Shown here one piece after another: positions 42,389-53,168 of a stretch of 64,000 nt of DNA. A program made the translations under genes and the position numbers. The first letter of the stretch is position 1, and each line of letters begins with the position of its first letter. The notes beneath the pieces were generated by a model that did not search any database, was not told the DNA's origin, and saw only the letters and a list, made by a program, of their open reading frames with translations. This DNA comes from an uncultured virus (IMG/VR IMGVR_UViG_2061766007_000422) (Duplodnaviria; Heunggongvirae; Uroviricota; Caudoviricetes). Location of the stretch: IMG/VR virus record IMGVR_UViG_2061766007_000422, one strand, 5' to 3'.

Positions 42389-43520
42389 TTAAGTTTCCTG
42401 CGCGAGAATTTTAGAAAGAGTACAATCTGAAGGGTTAAGGTCATCGCGTCGTATTGATTTTAAATATGGATGCCGTATTGAAATACCAATTCCATCAGCA
42501 TTCGCGCCCGCGGTTGATACCATCATACCGCCAATTGTGACAGGGCATAAATACCAATTTTCAAAATTATCGCGCAAATCTATTTTAAACTCGTCTGTTA
42601 GGCCAGCAACCGCGCAGAGAGGAATAAGATTATTATTTTTATCATAAACACTAACTTGTATTGCGCCACAATATCCATTAAAATAATTACGGCTAACAGG
42701 AATATAAGGCTCACCATTTTGATAGGCGNNNNNNNNNNNNNNNTTTGCCTGTGCGGGAGTTTTCCCATAACTCCCAATGCCCTATGTCCTTACCATTATA
42801 CATTTTCTCGCAAGGAACAAGGCCAGTGATTACAGCATCTATATCGTTTGATATTTCTTGCTTCACTTTACAAGACTCCCAAGCGTGTGGACCGCGCTTG
42901 CCTGGCTCGTACTTGGCGCTTTTTTTATAAACTACAGAACCTTCATGGCCTTGTGCAAACAAGTCATTCATTTTATCAAAAAATGTTCCATCCATTTCAT
43001 AATATGTTGCACCTTCAATTAAAGGAGAATTAATACGTTCTATAACTTTAGGAATGTATTTAATACGTTCGATCACTCCTTTATCAATTAGTTCTTCTCC
43101 ATCATAGCAAAGTACATCAAAAATATAAAAATGTAATGGATTATTTTTTTGACGTTCTAATGCCTTTTCTGGCAAACAACGTAAAACTGAGCCTATTCCG
43201 CGGTCAATATCGCCATCACGGAATACTTCCCCAAGAAAAACACAAGTTGTTCCATTAAATGCTTTTATGATGTCATTCCAAAACATTACCTTATCTTGAA
43301 TTTCACCATATGTTTTAGTTTTTACACTAATACCTCTAGTTTGAAGAGCATTTCGCTCTGGAGTAATAATTGCACGTGACCAATTTCCATCTCGCTTAAT
43401 TGACCATATGTATTGATTAGAAGATATCATTTGTTCTAATTTTTCGTGAAAAGCTTCTTTGGTCATTGAAGATGAAGGGGCATAATATTTCATAGGTTCT
43501 GCATTAAAAAAATCTGTCAT
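42389..43520 (-). CDS. ATP-dependent DNA ligase (split by N gap near 42729-42743)
   Basis: KRDG, LGEV, YIFD, EGSV.K, KVK; C-terminal RHP.L..IRRDD. Confidence 0.82.
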
Positions 43521-43540
43521 TTTTTACTCCTCAATATCTT

Positions 43541-44344
43541 TTAAAATAATATTTTTATATTTAATTGAACNNNNNNNNNNNNNNNNNNNNNNNNNNNNNN
43601 NNNNNTTTGATTATCAATATGTAATTTTTCTACAGCCTCTTTCATGGAATGAAAAATATTTAAAATTTCACCGTCTGCAGAATATTGTATAATTTTACGA
43701 GTTTTTCGATATATTTTAGAAAGCTTTTTCCCTCGTTCTATAATTTCTTCTTTTGATATATTATTTTTCTTTAAAAAATTTGAAATTACTTTTTTATCAT
43801 GATTTGTAATATTACTAATTTCGTTGATTCCTTTCCCAGAATACCATAAAGATAAAATTGTTTCATATTCTTCTGGTGATAATTTATTCGCAGCGGTTTC
43901 ATCGTGCCGTTTGGCTCTTTCTTCATTAGAGATAAGAGCACAAATTCGTTTATTTAAAGAAGTTCTATCACAAGACAATTTTTCACTTATTTGTCTTTGA
44001 TTTAATCCTTCATTCCATAATTTTAAAATAATATCATCAGAATATTTTTGAGTCCCTCCACCACCCAAAGTGCTATTATATCCATTTGTATATGTATCAT
44101 AATAATTTATCCAATATTGCTCTCTATCATTTAAATGTTCATTATCACAAATTTCTAAGATTTTGATAGAAAAATTATTATGTCCATATTTACGAATTGC
44201 TTTATTTAATTTTGAATTATAATTACAATGCTTAGGGTTTGAAGCTTCATAGCAATGTTCTTTCCACCTATCTTCTTCAGACTTATTAGTTTGTCCTATG
44301 TAAGATTTTCCGCTAGGACTAGTTCTCATATAAATTAAACCCAT
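43541..44344 (-). CDS. GIY-YIG homing endonuclease (3' end in N gap)
   Basis: GLIY...YIGQT, REQYWI, GYNSTLGG. Confidence 0.85.
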   Translation of the reverse strand: MGLIYMRTSPSGKSYIGQTNKSEEDRWKEHCYEASNPKHCNYNSKLNKAIRKYGHNNFSIKILEICDNEHLNDREQYWINYYDTYTNGYNSTLGGGGTQKYSDDIILKLWNEGLNQRQISEKLSCDRTSLNKRICALISNEERAKRHDETAANKLSPEEYETILSLWYSGKGINEISNITNHDKKVISNFLKKNNISKEEIIERGKKLSKIYRKTRKIIQYSADGEILNIFHSMKEAVEKLHIDNQXXXXXXXXXXXXVQLNIKILF

Positions 44345-44348
44345 ATTT

Positions 44349-44546
44349 TCACTTCCTAATTATATCTAATTCAGAAAGAAAAATATCTATGGCAGTATCT
44401 AAATCTCGTTCTAAACGCGGTGATAAATTAGTTTCATTTCTTAGCCATCTTCCTAGAGTGGTTTTATTGCAACTTACTCTTCGCGCGAACTCAGTTAATG
44501 GTACTCCGTGTTCATACAATATTTTTAATCGTTCTTTTACTGTCAT
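44349..44546 (-). CDS. 65-aa HTH protein, paralog 2
   Basis: FARRVSCNKTTLGRWLR. Confidence 0.7.
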   Translation of the reverse strand: MTVKERLKILYEHGVPLTEFARRVSCNKTTLGRWLRNETNLSPRLERDLDTAIDIFLSELDIIRK

Positions 44547-44678
44547 ATTTCCTCCTTTCTGGCATAATTAATGTAGAAAGCTTATATAAGAATTATAATA
44601 TTTTATTCAAAAGAGTAAAAATTATTCTAATAAATATTTATTCTCCTAATCTTTTAATATAATTATTATAGCATAATT

Positions 44679-45233
44679 TCAATTATTTGTCAAATCTTTA
44701 ATTAAACTATCCGCAGTATCAGAAAGAATTTCTAATCCAAAACAATTTTCTACTATATAATCAAAAGCATAATGGTCAAGTGCGATTTCGCCCTCATTTT
44801 GTTTTTGTTCATCTGTAAGATTTGGATTATTCCATTCTTGCGGCCCATCAGAACGTATGATGCGTATAGTAATTACATCACTATTATAATCTTTCATTAC
44901 ATCTATTTCATTAGGATAACGTGTGTCAGCTACAATGGCATAGGTAAATCCAAAATAATCGCCCATAATTTTTATAAGTTCCGCTGTAATGCGTGCCCAA
45001 TAGTCTGGGTCAAATTGACGAAATGAATTATTACCTATGTCTTGTAACATTTGGCGGCCGGCTATATCTTTTTCACCGTTCCAACCCAAGTATTGCTTTG
45101 CGTAGAATTTTACAAGGTCTGCAAAATGCGGGCAAAGCACTTTTTCGCCGCGCAATTCTAATTTATCTTTTAACAATTGCGCTAATGTATCTTTTCCGTG
45201 TCCGGCTTTGCCGCTAATTAGCAATACTTTCAT
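44679..45233 (-). CDS. Deoxynucleoside monophosphate kinase-like P-loop kinase
   Basis: ISGKAGHGKDT, HFAD..K, R..LQ..G, DTRYPNE. Confidence 0.78.
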   Translation of the reverse strand: MKVLLISGKAGHGKDTLAQLLKDKLELRGEKVLCPHFADLVKFYAKQYLGWNGEKDIAGRQMLQDIGNNSFRQFDPDYWARITAELIKIMGDYFGFTYAIVADTRYPNEIDVMKDYNSDVITIRIIRSDGPQEWNNPNLTDEQKQNEGEIALDHYAFDYIVENCFGLEILSDTADSLIKDLTNN

Positions 45234-45426
45234 GTATATTATGCTCCTCCATCCAAGCGTGAAAAGCAAAATCCATATATTCTTGTTCGCGCGCGTTTAG
45301 TGTATTTCTAAACGATTCTAAAATCTTAATGCCTTTTAATAGATCTTCTGCGCGCGCGACTATGGAAAAAATTGCTGCGCAATCTTTTCTAGTCCTTTCA
45401 GATATATCTTCAAACAGTTCTTGCAT
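45214..45426 (-). CDS. Hypothetical protein
   Basis: ORF with RBS, coupled. Confidence 0.55.
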   Translation of the reverse strand: MQELFEDISERTRKDCAAIFSIVARAEDLLKGIKILESFRNTLNAREQEYMDFAFHAWMEEHNIHESIAN

Positions 45427-45763
45427 TGTTTTTCTCCTTCATCGCCTCAGTTAATAGTTTAAAAAACTCATGAGTTTCTTCATCAGTTAGTTCTACTTTT
45501 AAATGAGGTTTTGGCGCGATACGTTCATCATTATCAGGCATTTCGTATACATAATAAATAGTAGTGCCATCATTATTAAGTAAAGTAGCGCACAACTTTT
45601 TCTTTGTTTTTATGCTGTATACTTCTGTCCAAGTGCTTGTATCACCTATATTATTAGTATGTTCTATCATTTTTGGATTTATTTGTTCAATAAATCCAAT
45701 ATACTCATCTTGAGTTACTTCAAATATACTATTATCAATCATGTTTTTCTCCACGCCATTCAA
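45410..45763 (-). CDS. Hypothetical protein
   Basis: ORF with RBS, coupled. Confidence 0.55.
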   Translation of the reverse strand: MNGVEKNMIDNSIFEVTQDEYIGFIEQINPKMIEHTNNIGDTSTWTEVYSIKTKKKLCATLLNNDGTTIYYVYEMPDNDERIAPKPHLKVELTDEETHEFFKLLTEAMKEKNNARTV

Positions 45764-46295
45764 ATTTCATTCGTTCCGCTACTTCCTGAACCATTTTATC
45801 GCACTTCTCATTCCAAAAAATATTTGAGTGCGCGGGCACCTTACTAAAAGTATACCAAAAATTATCAAAATAAGGTATAATTTTTTGCCATTGGTCACGA
45901 TTAGCTACATTTTCTTTTTTAGAATTAACCCATCCATTTTCTTGCCATTTTACATACCATTCCTGCAAATAGCAATTAATAGCATAAGCTGAGTCACTAT
46001 ATATCATTATTCGTTCATTGGGGCGTCGGATAGTGATAATATAATTGAGCGCTTGCACTATTGCTTCTAATTCCATACGTTGATTCGTAGTATTGTATTC
46101 ACTACCCGATGCCTCATAAATTTCTTTGCCATCTTGAACTACTATAAAGCCCCAGGCGCCAAATGTCATTTGTGCGCCCATTTTCTTGAGAGAACCATCG
46201 GTATAAATTTCTAAATCAATGATTTTTTCTTTACTACGACGCTGCACGTCATTCATTATACTATCCTCCGCATTTTCTTGATAATAGTATAACAT
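45735..46295 (-). CDS. rnhA: Ribonuclease HI (start probably near 46256)
   Basis: IYTDGS, TNQRMEL, SDSAY, VANRD.W, KV.AH, NEKCD. Confidence 0.9.
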   Translation of the reverse strand: MLYYYQENAEDSIMNDVQRRSKEKIIDLEIYTDGSLKKMGAQMTFGAWGFIVVQDGKEIYEASGSEYNTTNQRMELEAIVQALNYIITIRRPNERIMIYSDSAYAINCYLQEWYVKWQENGWVNSKKENVANRDQWQKIIPYFDNFWYTFSKVPAHSNIFWNEKCDKMVQEVAERMKFEWRGEKHD

Positions 46296-46318
46296 AATTC
46301 TGATAAAAAGTCAAATAA

Positions 46319-46516
46319 TTATTCTTCTACTTCAGGTAAACCAGCAATACTGGTTAAAATACTAAGTAAGCCAGCAACTAAAGCTGAAGAAACAACTATA
46401 CGCCAATCAATTTCAGTAATAATAGCTGTTGTACCAATAGTGGCAATAGCGGCTTGAGCCACGGTTTTAAGGGCACGAATCGCGGCGGCCTTTAACCATT
46501 TTTGAAAATGTGTCAT
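46319..46516 (-). CDS. Holin, r1t-type
   Basis: W.KAA.IRALKTVAQ...LLSILTSIAGLPE. Confidence 0.85.
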   Translation of the reverse strand: MTHFQKWLKAAAIRALKTVAQAAIATIGTTAIITEIDWRIVVSSALVAGLLSILTSIAGLPEVEE

Positions 46517-46528
46517 TGTTTTTACCTC

Positions 46529-46885
46529 CTAAGAATCAAGAAAAGTATTGTTATCAAGTAGGTGTTTATATAAATTGTGTATATATTCATACTCAATTTC
46601 AAACACACCATTTTTATCATTAGTCGCCTCTAATAAGAGTTTATACTTATCATTAAGCGTCATTATATGGACGAATTCGTCTTTAGTATGTTTACGTCCA
46701 TTGCGGCATGAGTTCGCAAAGTCAAGAATTTCCCAACGAATGCGGTCTTTTTCATTTTCATCAATTTTACGATTTTGTTTTCGGACTTCTTCTTTTAAGT
46801 CCTTTAGTTCTTTTTGTAGGTCGATTGTTATGGATTCCATAGCTTTATTAATAAGCTTGCTAATCCAATTTGCTATCTTACCCAT
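46529..46885 (-). CDS. Coiled-coil protein upstream of holin
   Basis: GGAGG RBS; RWEILDFANSCR...HT.DEF pattern. Confidence 0.55.
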   Translation of the reverse strand: MGKIANWISKLINKAMESITIDLQKELKDLKEEVRKQNRKIDENEKDRIRWEILDFANSCRNGRKHTKDEFVHIMTLNDKYKLLLEATNDKNGVFEIEYEYIHNLYKHLLDNNTFLDS

Positions 46886-47100
46886 AGGGCATTCCTCCAT
46901 TTTATGCCATATAGATGCATTATTTAAAATAGTAGGATTATATGACACCAAAAATTCTAAATAAATAAAAAAATAAGCTTGCTCGCGCAAGCCATAATTG
47001 AGANNNNNNNNNNNNNNNNNNNNAATAAACCATAAAGCAGATTGACTTTCCTTCTTATATCATTCTCCTACGTTTAAGTGGAAAAACAACAGAAAAACTA

Positions 47101-47973
47101 TTATATTATTTTATATGAATTAAGATTTTTTATTAGCCCATTAGTTTCCATTTTAAAACCATATACTTTCATTGCTAAACAATCTAATACAAATGCTTGG
47201 TCACTCCACCATGCGCAAGTATCCATATCAATTTTCCAACCGCCACGTTTATTCATACCACCCATTTTGTCTTGCCAAGCGCAAGGATGTACATGTTTTA
47301 AACTTTGGTCACGTCCATAGATACCTTTGGGTAAAGTTATAGTGGGGGTATGCCCAAATAGGCATACGCGACCAGTTTTCCAACCAAGAGGTAGCATTGT
47401 ACGATTCCATAATATATTTTGAATATCTTGTTCTGGAATAGGTTCTTTATGATATTCTTTATCTGCTACGTCACTAAAAATCTTATAAGTCGTTCCTGCA
47501 TGGCAAAAATCAGTATTTTCATAAGAAAAAGTAAGCGGTAAATGCTCAATTTTATCTATAAAATCTTCATTCGCGCCATCTACTATCCAATCTATTATAG
47601 TGCGCTCGCCGTCATTATAAAGATGAAGATAAAGATTAGGCATAGTATATCTATCGCACATCGTAAGCACTTGTTTAGCATAAATGCTATTTTTTGATTT
47701 TAATTTAGTATAAGTTTCATCTGAACCTGCGTGAAAACCTATAATTTCGCGTGCGGCCTTAACAAACATATCTTCGTGATTGCCTTTAAGATAAATTACT
47801 TGTGGATTATCAAGTAATTCGCGCATAATACGATAACCATAAGGCCCTCTATCACAACCGTCGCCGCCATATATAATTGTGCATTCAGGGTCTTTTGCGC
47901 GACACCAATTAATTATTGCACTATAAAGGTCATAATGACCATGTATATCTGTAAAATAAAATATATCGTGCAT
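47101..47973 (-). CDS. Ser/Thr phosphatase-like metallophosphoesterase
   Basis: DIHG, GD..DRG, GNHE, HAG, GHTP. Confidence 0.87.
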   Translation of the reverse strand: MHDIFYFTDIHGHYDLYSAIINWCRAKDPECTIIYGGDGCDRGPYGYRIMRELLDNPQVIYLKGNHEDMFVKAAREIIGFHAGSDETYTKLKSKNSIYAKQVLTMCDRYTMPNLYLHLYNDGERTIIDWIVDGANEDFIDKIEHLPLTFSYENTDFCHAGTTYKIFSDVADKEYHKEPIPEQDIQNILWNRTMLPLGWKTGRVCLFGHTPTITLPKGIYGRDQSLKHVHPCAWQDKMGGMNKRGGWKIDMDTCAWWSDQAFVLDCLAMKVYGFKMETNGLIKNLNSYKII

Positions 47974-47988
47974 AGTTATCGTCCTTTT

Positions 47989-48256
47989 TTACCACAAATC
48001 TTCACTAAATAATTCTTGGCATTTGGTATTCTTATCTACAACCATAAGTTGATGGTCATACATTGCTTCTAAGTAAGCGCAATGTCTATCAAGAAAATTA
48101 TCATCTTCATCTAAAAAGCCTTCTTGAATTGTATAATAATCTATATTTTTCTTATATCCAAAATTATATAAAATNNNNNNNNNNNNNATGACAAGGAACA
48201 ATTATTTCTTTATTTTGCCTAATATCAAAAATTTTAACCGCGGCTTTAGTAATCAT
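47989..48256 (-). CDS. Conserved phage hypothetical protein (N gap inside)
   Basis: MITKAAVK...EGFLD...FLDR...LFSEDLW. Confidence 0.55.
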
Positions 48257-48322
48257 ATTCTTTCCTTCACTTTTAAAAATACTATAGTATAAATTTTATT
48301 ATAAATCAAATAATTGCAATAT

Positions 48323-48703
48323 TTATATTCGTTCAAATTTATCATACATCTGCTGATATTGTTTAATGTGTGTATGAAAAACTTTACCCATCAATGTTTC
48401 TTTGTCATCTTCTTCAAGAATGTAAATGCGAGCTACATCAGATGTAATAGATTCGCGTCCATGCGGACGAGTAAAGTTTTTCGCGCAATCCTCAATAAAC
48501 TTAATATCAATCGTATTAAGTTCCACACGCCCTTCAGAACTTACAATAATAAAAACAGGAAGTTCATTTTTAAGATATGGCTTTACATCTTTAATTTTTC
48601 CGCACCATTTAACAAAATACTCTTCATGTACGCCAGTACAAATCAAATGAGTTTTAAGTGCTACTTCTTGCATTTTCAATTCCTTTCTTAAAAAAGCATT
48701 CAA
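48323..48703 (-). CDS. Hypothetical protein
   Basis: ORF in operon. Confidence 0.5.
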   Translation of the reverse strand: MNAFLRKELKMQEVALKTHLICTGVHEEYFVKWCGKIKDVKPYLKNELPVFIIVSSEGRVELNTIDIKFIEDCAKNFTRPHGRESITSDVARIYILEEDDKETLMGKVFHTHIKQYQQMYDKFERI

Positions 48704-48854
48704 TTTGCGGGTCTATTTCACGTGTAACAGTAATAGTGCGAGGCGCGTGCTTAGCAGAATGGCCTGCGTACTGTTTTCGCCAACATCCAAGCGCATGTTT
48801 TACTACAAGGTCTTCTTTACTAAATTCTTTATTACATACAGGGCATAAATACAT
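48654..48854 (-). CDS. C2H/C Zn-finger protein
   Basis: CPVC.KEF......VKH...C. Confidence 0.55.
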   Translation of the reverse strand: MYLCPVCNKEFSKEDLVVKHALGCWRKQYAGHSAKHAPRTITVTREIDPQIECFFKKGIENARSST

Positions 48855-48909
48855 AGCTTTACTTCCTTTCCCCTTTATATAATAATTATATCATAAATTT
48901 ATATTGAAA

Positions 48910-49245
48910 TCAATGAAAAAATTCTCTTATATTAAACCATTTATCTTTTAAAATGTTGCCAATTTCATCAATGGTGTCGCCCCAATCGCCTACTTTACAA
49001 CGAATATACTTGCCTTTTAGGTCTTCCCATTTCTCTACTCCAACAGTATCCATAATACGCATCATAGCTTCAAGACCTTTTCCATAACCAGAAAATTCAT
49101 CCGCGCCTAGATAGCCACTTCCAATTGAGTATCCACCGAAGCAACAACCCCAACCACCGCCATCAAGACTAAGCTGAAAAGTTAAACAGCCGTGGTCTGC
49201 CATTGATATACTTACATTAGTAATACGAGCATTTCTAATTTCCAT
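48910..49245 (-). CDS. Conserved phage hypothetical protein
   Basis: NARI...DHG.LT...GV.KWEDLKGK.IR. Confidence 0.6.
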   Translation of the reverse strand: MEIRNARITNVSISMADHGCLTFQLSLDGGGWGCCFGGYSIGSGYLGADEFSGYGKGLEAMMRIMDTVGVEKWEDLKGKYIRCKVGDWGDTIDEIGNILKDKWFNIREFFH

Positions 49246-49459
49246 TTCTTTCATTCCACCTTTCAATTGCTTTACTTCGCGCCAATTCTTCTGATTGATA
49301 AACACTATTAAATTTTCCATTTGGCGCAATCGCGCCACAATTTAAGCACTTAACATAATATTCATAACATCCATAATAGCCATGAGAACCATTCCACAAC
49401 GGTTCTTGTATTAAAATAGGAGAACTATGACACCAAGGACATTTTTTAAATTTTATCAT
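49235..49459 (-). CDS. Lar-like Zn-ribbon protein
   Basis: KCPWC...C.NCGA...AIERWN. Confidence 0.6.
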   Translation of the reverse strand: MIKFKKCPWCHSSPILIQEPLWNGSHGYYGCYEYYVKCLNCGAIAPNGKFNSVYQSEELARSKAIERWNERNGN

Positions 49460-49544
49460 TTAGGCACCTCTTACATGAAGTCATTTTTCTTCTCTTTTTC
49501 TCCTTGTAAAATAATTATAACATAAATTTAGAAAATAGTCAAAT

Positions 49545-49570
49545 AAAAAGAAGCCGATTACTCGGCTTCT
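49545..49570 (-). terminator. Intrinsic terminator
   Basis: AGAAGCCGA-GTAA-TCGGCTTCT then TTTT. Confidence 0.7.
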
Positions 49571-49680
49571 AGTCTCCGTATCTGTCTATTTATCTTATTT
49601 ACGACATTTCTATTATCACGATTACGAGATAAAAGTAAATTTTTGCGCGCATAAAGTTTAAGAAGAATTGAATTAGTCAT
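49558..49680 (-). CDS. Small basic protein (40 aa, below ORF track cutoff)
   Basis: GAAGGAG RBS; MTNSILLKLYARKNLLLSRNRDNRNVVNKINRQIRRLEAE. Confidence 0.5.
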   Translation of the reverse strand: MTNSILLKLYARKNLLLSRNRDNRNVVNKINRQIRRLEAE

Positions 49681-50659
49681 TTTTTATTACTCCTTCTAAA
49701 TTTAGAATAGGCATCATATCATCAGATGCAACAACTGGTACCTTACCATCCCACTGCTGCACCCAGTAGTAGTAAAGTAGGTCTGGAGTAAGCCATTCAG
49801 AAATGGCCTTATTCTTTGCGGCTTCTTTCTGTCCTGCATATTCCGCGGCATCTGCTTGAATTTTAGTTACTTCAAGGTCGGCTTCGGCCGCGATTTTGGC
49901 TTTCTCGGCTTCGGCATTGGCATTAATAACATCGCGCTTTGCTTTTGCTTCGGCTTCCATAGTTAGACGTTCCTGCTCAGTCTGCGCGCGAAGTTTCTCC
50001 TGCGTAGCAACCTGCTTGGCCTCTACTGCCTGTGTAAAAGCGTCTGTAAAGTCAATATCTTCAATGGAGATAGAAATTACATTAATACCAGACTTTAATA
50101 GGTCAGTACTTAGCACGGCGCCAATATTCTCAGATAGAATGGAACGATTTTCAATTAGTCCTTCGGCAGTATAGTCGCCAAACGTGCTTTTTACGGCTTC
50201 TTGTGTACGGGGTACAATAAGAATGTTCTCGTAGTTCATACCCACGGTTTTATACAGAGTCATTGCTTTGGTGTTATCAATACAATAGTTTACACTGCCC
50301 TTGACCTGCACTTCCTGCAAATCTGCGCTGAAAGCAAGTAATTCAAAATGATAGCGCTGCTCACGATTGTCCATTTTTACTACGTTAATAAACGGTGAGT
50401 GCCAATTAAGCCCGCTGTCCATTGTATAATTTTGTACCTGGCCAAACTTTACAGGAATACCAGTGCGTCCAGTCTGTACTGTCGTAAAGCAACTTAATCC
50501 CATAACTACTATGGCAAGTATAATGCCTGCAATACGAATTGCAGAACGTATGTTTTTATATGAGTCTACTGAGCCATCTCGATATTTATGGTCTTTAATC
50601 ATAGGTGGAACTACAAATGCGATAATTAAAAGAATAATACTAAAAATAATACCAACCAT
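49673..50659 (-). CDS. SPFH/prohibitin (band 7) membrane protein
   Basis: Two N-terminal hydrophobic helices, SADLQEV, AVEAKQVA coiled coil, WDGKVP. Confidence 0.88.
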   Translation of the reverse strand: MVGIIFSIILLIIAFVVPPMIKDHKYRDGSVDSYKNIRSAIRIAGIILAIVVMGLSCFTTVQTGRTGIPVKFGQVQNYTMDSGLNWHSPFINVVKMDNREQRYHFELLAFSADLQEVQVKGSVNYCIDNTKAMTLYKTVGMNYENILIVPRTQEAVKSTFGDYTAEGLIENRSILSENIGAVLSTDLLKSGINVISISIEDIDFTDAFTQAVEAKQVATQEKLRAQTEQERLTMEAEAKAKRDVINANAEAEKAKIAAEADLEVTKIQADAAEYAGQKEAAKNKAISEWLTPDLLYYYWVQQWDGKVPVVASDDMMPILNLEGVIKND

Positions 50660-50671
50660 TTTATTTCTCCT

Positions 50672-51082
50672 TTATTTTAATAAACTATCTAAATCTTCAA
50701 TTTTTTGCCAATCTTCACTTGTAATACCGCCACGTAACCATTTTTCTTTTAAATTATAATAGCATATTTCCCAATATGTATTATTCATTTCTTCTGGATA
50801 AATATCTGATAGCGGCAAAAGTTGCCAATTAGGTTTTAATGCGACAATTTTATTCCATACGCTATCCATAGTGCGATAGCCACGTTTTTTCATTTCCTCG
50901 CGCACATAATAAACATAAGAAATAAAATGGTCAAAATCGTGGTCAAGAACATAATTTACAAGAATATGATTAGGTGTTCCGTTCTTTTGTATAGCACCCG
51001 CGATACTACTGCATTCGCGCCACTGCGACACAAGTTGTTCACGCGGCAAAACGGGGAGAAGAAATTTATGCCAAAGTCTCAT
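50672..51082 (-). CDS. Pyrimidine dimer DNA glycosylase (DenV-like) family
   Basis: MRLWH..L..LPREQL..QWRE, EMKKRGY, NLKEK. Confidence 0.75.
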   Translation of the reverse strand: MRLWHKFLLPVLPREQLVSQWRECSSIAGAIQKNGTPNHILVNYVLDHDFDHFISYVYYVREEMKKRGYRTMDSVWNKIVALKPNWQLLPLSDIYPEEMNNTYWEICYYNLKEKWLRGGITSEDWQKIEDLDSLLK

Positions 51083-51291
51083 TTATAAAATCCTTCATTA
51101 ACATCAAGATTTACATTAGCAAGTTTTTCAAGTGAGGTAGCAATACGTGCGAGAGATTCACTATTTACTGTATCAACAACAGTCTGAAATCCAAATGCAA
51201 GGCGCTCCTGTTCTTCATCAGTAGCTGCATTTTCTATTTTGTCAGTATACCGTTCATAAAGTTCGTGAACTATAGTTGCCCATCTTTTCAT
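51079..51291 (-). CDS. Hypothetical protein
   Basis: ORF with RBS. Confidence 0.5.
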   Translation of the reverse strand: MKRWATIVHELYERYTDKIENAATDEEQERLAFGFQTVVDTVNSESLARIATSLEKLANVNLDVNEGFYK

Positions 51292-51407
51292 AATTTTCTC
51301 TCCTTTAATAAAATAATTTTAGTGAAAAAAATCTCCAATGTTAAACCAAGTGACTTTTAAAACGTTAATACACAACGCACATATTTTTTAGCCCTCCTAA
51401 TAATTAA

Positions 51408-52517
51408 TTATTTTTTTTCAAATTCTTCAACTATTTTATTAGTTGAAAAATTCTTTAAAAATTCTATTGCATTATTAGTTTTTTCGTCTTTTCGCGCGAA
51501 CAAGTAACCAGAAATTAGCCCTTTATTTTTTAAGGCTTCGGCCGCAAATAGTTTTCTATCATCTATATTTTTAATTAAGCCATACGAATTATTCATTTTT
51601 TCTACTAACTTATGAAGTTTAGCAGAAAAATTATCTATATAACTTTGATATTCAGGGCAAAGCGCGATAAAGTCATCAAGAGTATCGGTTTGCCACATTT
51701 CAACTACTCGTCGCATAGTTAAAGGCCCATTGCCGCGAATATGATGTAGTGATAAATATACATCTCCTTTAACTTTTATACGCAAATAGCTACCATTTTC
51801 TTTTATAGAAGAAACGCAAACATATCCTTCCTCATTTTCGCCCATCTTATGTGCGGCTTCAACGCATTCTTCAAGAGAGTGGTGAGTAAAAAATTGCGGC
51901 GTCCATAACCATTCCGCGGGCTTAGGCACGGTTAATTCTTCCATAGTAAACATATCGCGGCAACCAAGATAATAAATTCGGTCTTCGGGATATTTTACTA
52001 CAATATGATTATGAGTGGGAGATACCAATTCAAACCAATAGGTACGACATACGTGCAAAGAACTAAAAAATTCATGCACATTAGGTATAAGTGATAAAAA
52101 TAAGTCTCCAAAATTAGTATTGCCGCACTCTGCTTCAAAAGCAGAAATAGTACTATTGGTGCTAATATGCCAATCGCCTTTATCAAACCATACTTTTATA
52201 AGCGAACCATCTATTTTTTCTTGTACATCAACGCCTTTAGACCAATCTATTTGGTTGGTGGCGGCGTAAGGTTCAGAAAAATTGGCAAACTTATCCATCG
52301 CGCGACAAACACATATCCATTTCTTATCCCGTAAACGAAATATAGGCCCGCGCGCTTCAAGAACTACGGGTATAGTAAAATCAGAAAGGAATTGATTATA
52401 TTTTAAAAGTACGTATTCATTATAGTGCTTAATTTCTAATGAATAAGGCGGTTCGGATAATATTTGTTCCCAATTTTTATGGCGGTTCATAAAATCAAGT
52501 AAATACATTTTATTCAT
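51408..52517 (-). CDS. Rnl1-type RNA ligase
   Basis: LKY, EARG, KFANF.E, EKIDGS, FELVSP, EGYV, KVK. Confidence 0.87.
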   Translation of the reverse strand: MNKMYLLDFMNRHKNWEQILSEPPYSLEIKHYNEYVLLKYNQFLSDFTIPVVLEARGPIFRLRDKKWICVCRAMDKFANFSEPYAATNQIDWSKGVDVQEKIDGSLIKVWFDKGDWHISTNSTISAFEAECGNTNFGDLFLSLIPNVHEFFSSLHVCRTYWFELVSPTHNHIVVKYPEDRIYYLGCRDMFTMEELTVPKPAEWLWTPQFFTHHSLEECVEAAHKMGENEEGYVCVSSIKENGSYLRIKVKGDVYLSLHHIRGNGPLTMRRVVEMWQTDTLDDFIALCPEYQSYIDNFSAKLHKLVEKMNNSYGLIKNIDDRKLFAAEALKNKGLISGYLFARKDEKTNNAIEFLKNFSTNKIVEEFEKK

Positions 52518-52562
52518 TCCTTTCCGTTGATAATAATATTATACTATAATTTTGAATTAAAG

Positions 52563-53168
52563 TCAAACAACTAGTTGATATTTATAATAAGCGCGTTTAA
52601 TTAAACCAGATTTAATCATTTCTTCTGGACTTTTTATAACGCTATCATTTTGGTCTATAATCTTTGGGTTTTCTGCAATTTCAAGCATTTGAAAAATGTA
52701 ATCAAGCATTTTCTTGTTGGCTGGATGCATGCCCTTATTACCTTTTTCCTTATCTTCAAGCCACCATTTATATTCTTTGCTATAAGTAAATTCTTTTTCA
52801 TAAGCGTGAGCCGCGCCCAAAAAATCACAAACCATTTCAGTAAAATCTTTTAGCGGCATTAGATGAGTAACTAATCCCTCACTGTAATTATCAGTCCAGT
52901 ATGCCCAATGATGCGTATTGCGGCCCTTATGATGCTGCCAAGCAAGAGATATACCATTCTCTTTTTTAGCTTCAGTAACAGGCGAACTATGCCCAGTCCA
53001 ATATTTCACAGATTCGCGCAATTCTGTAAGTGAATACTTGCTTAGATCATGTGTTAATCCGCGCCAAGGTATGCCCGCGAGAAAGCAATAATGTCGTACC
53101 CATTTACGATGAGTATGTATAGTTTTAAGATGATGCAATAATTTCATTTTAATTCCTCTATATTCCAA
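52563..53168 (-). CDS. DUF5662-like HD-related protein
   Basis: HDLSK, HHKGRN.HH, EMVCD. Confidence 0.7.
   Translation of the reverse strand: MEYRGIKMKLLHHLKTIHTHRKWVRHYCFLAGIPWRGLTHDLSKYSLTELRESVKYWTGHSSPVTEAKKENGISLAWQHHKGRNTHHWAYWTDNYSEGLVTHLMPLKDFTEMVCDFLGAAHAYEKEFTYSKEYKWWLEDKEKGNKGMHPANKKMLDYIFQMLEIAENPKIIDQNDSVIKSPEEMIKSGLIKRAYYKYQLVV

Noticed and set aside
11115..43605. Apparent frameshifts or splits in recJ, the MTase, adenine deaminase, DNA ligase and a GIY-YIG gene
   Set aside because: Each break coincides with an N run of uncertain true length; assembly gaps, not recoding
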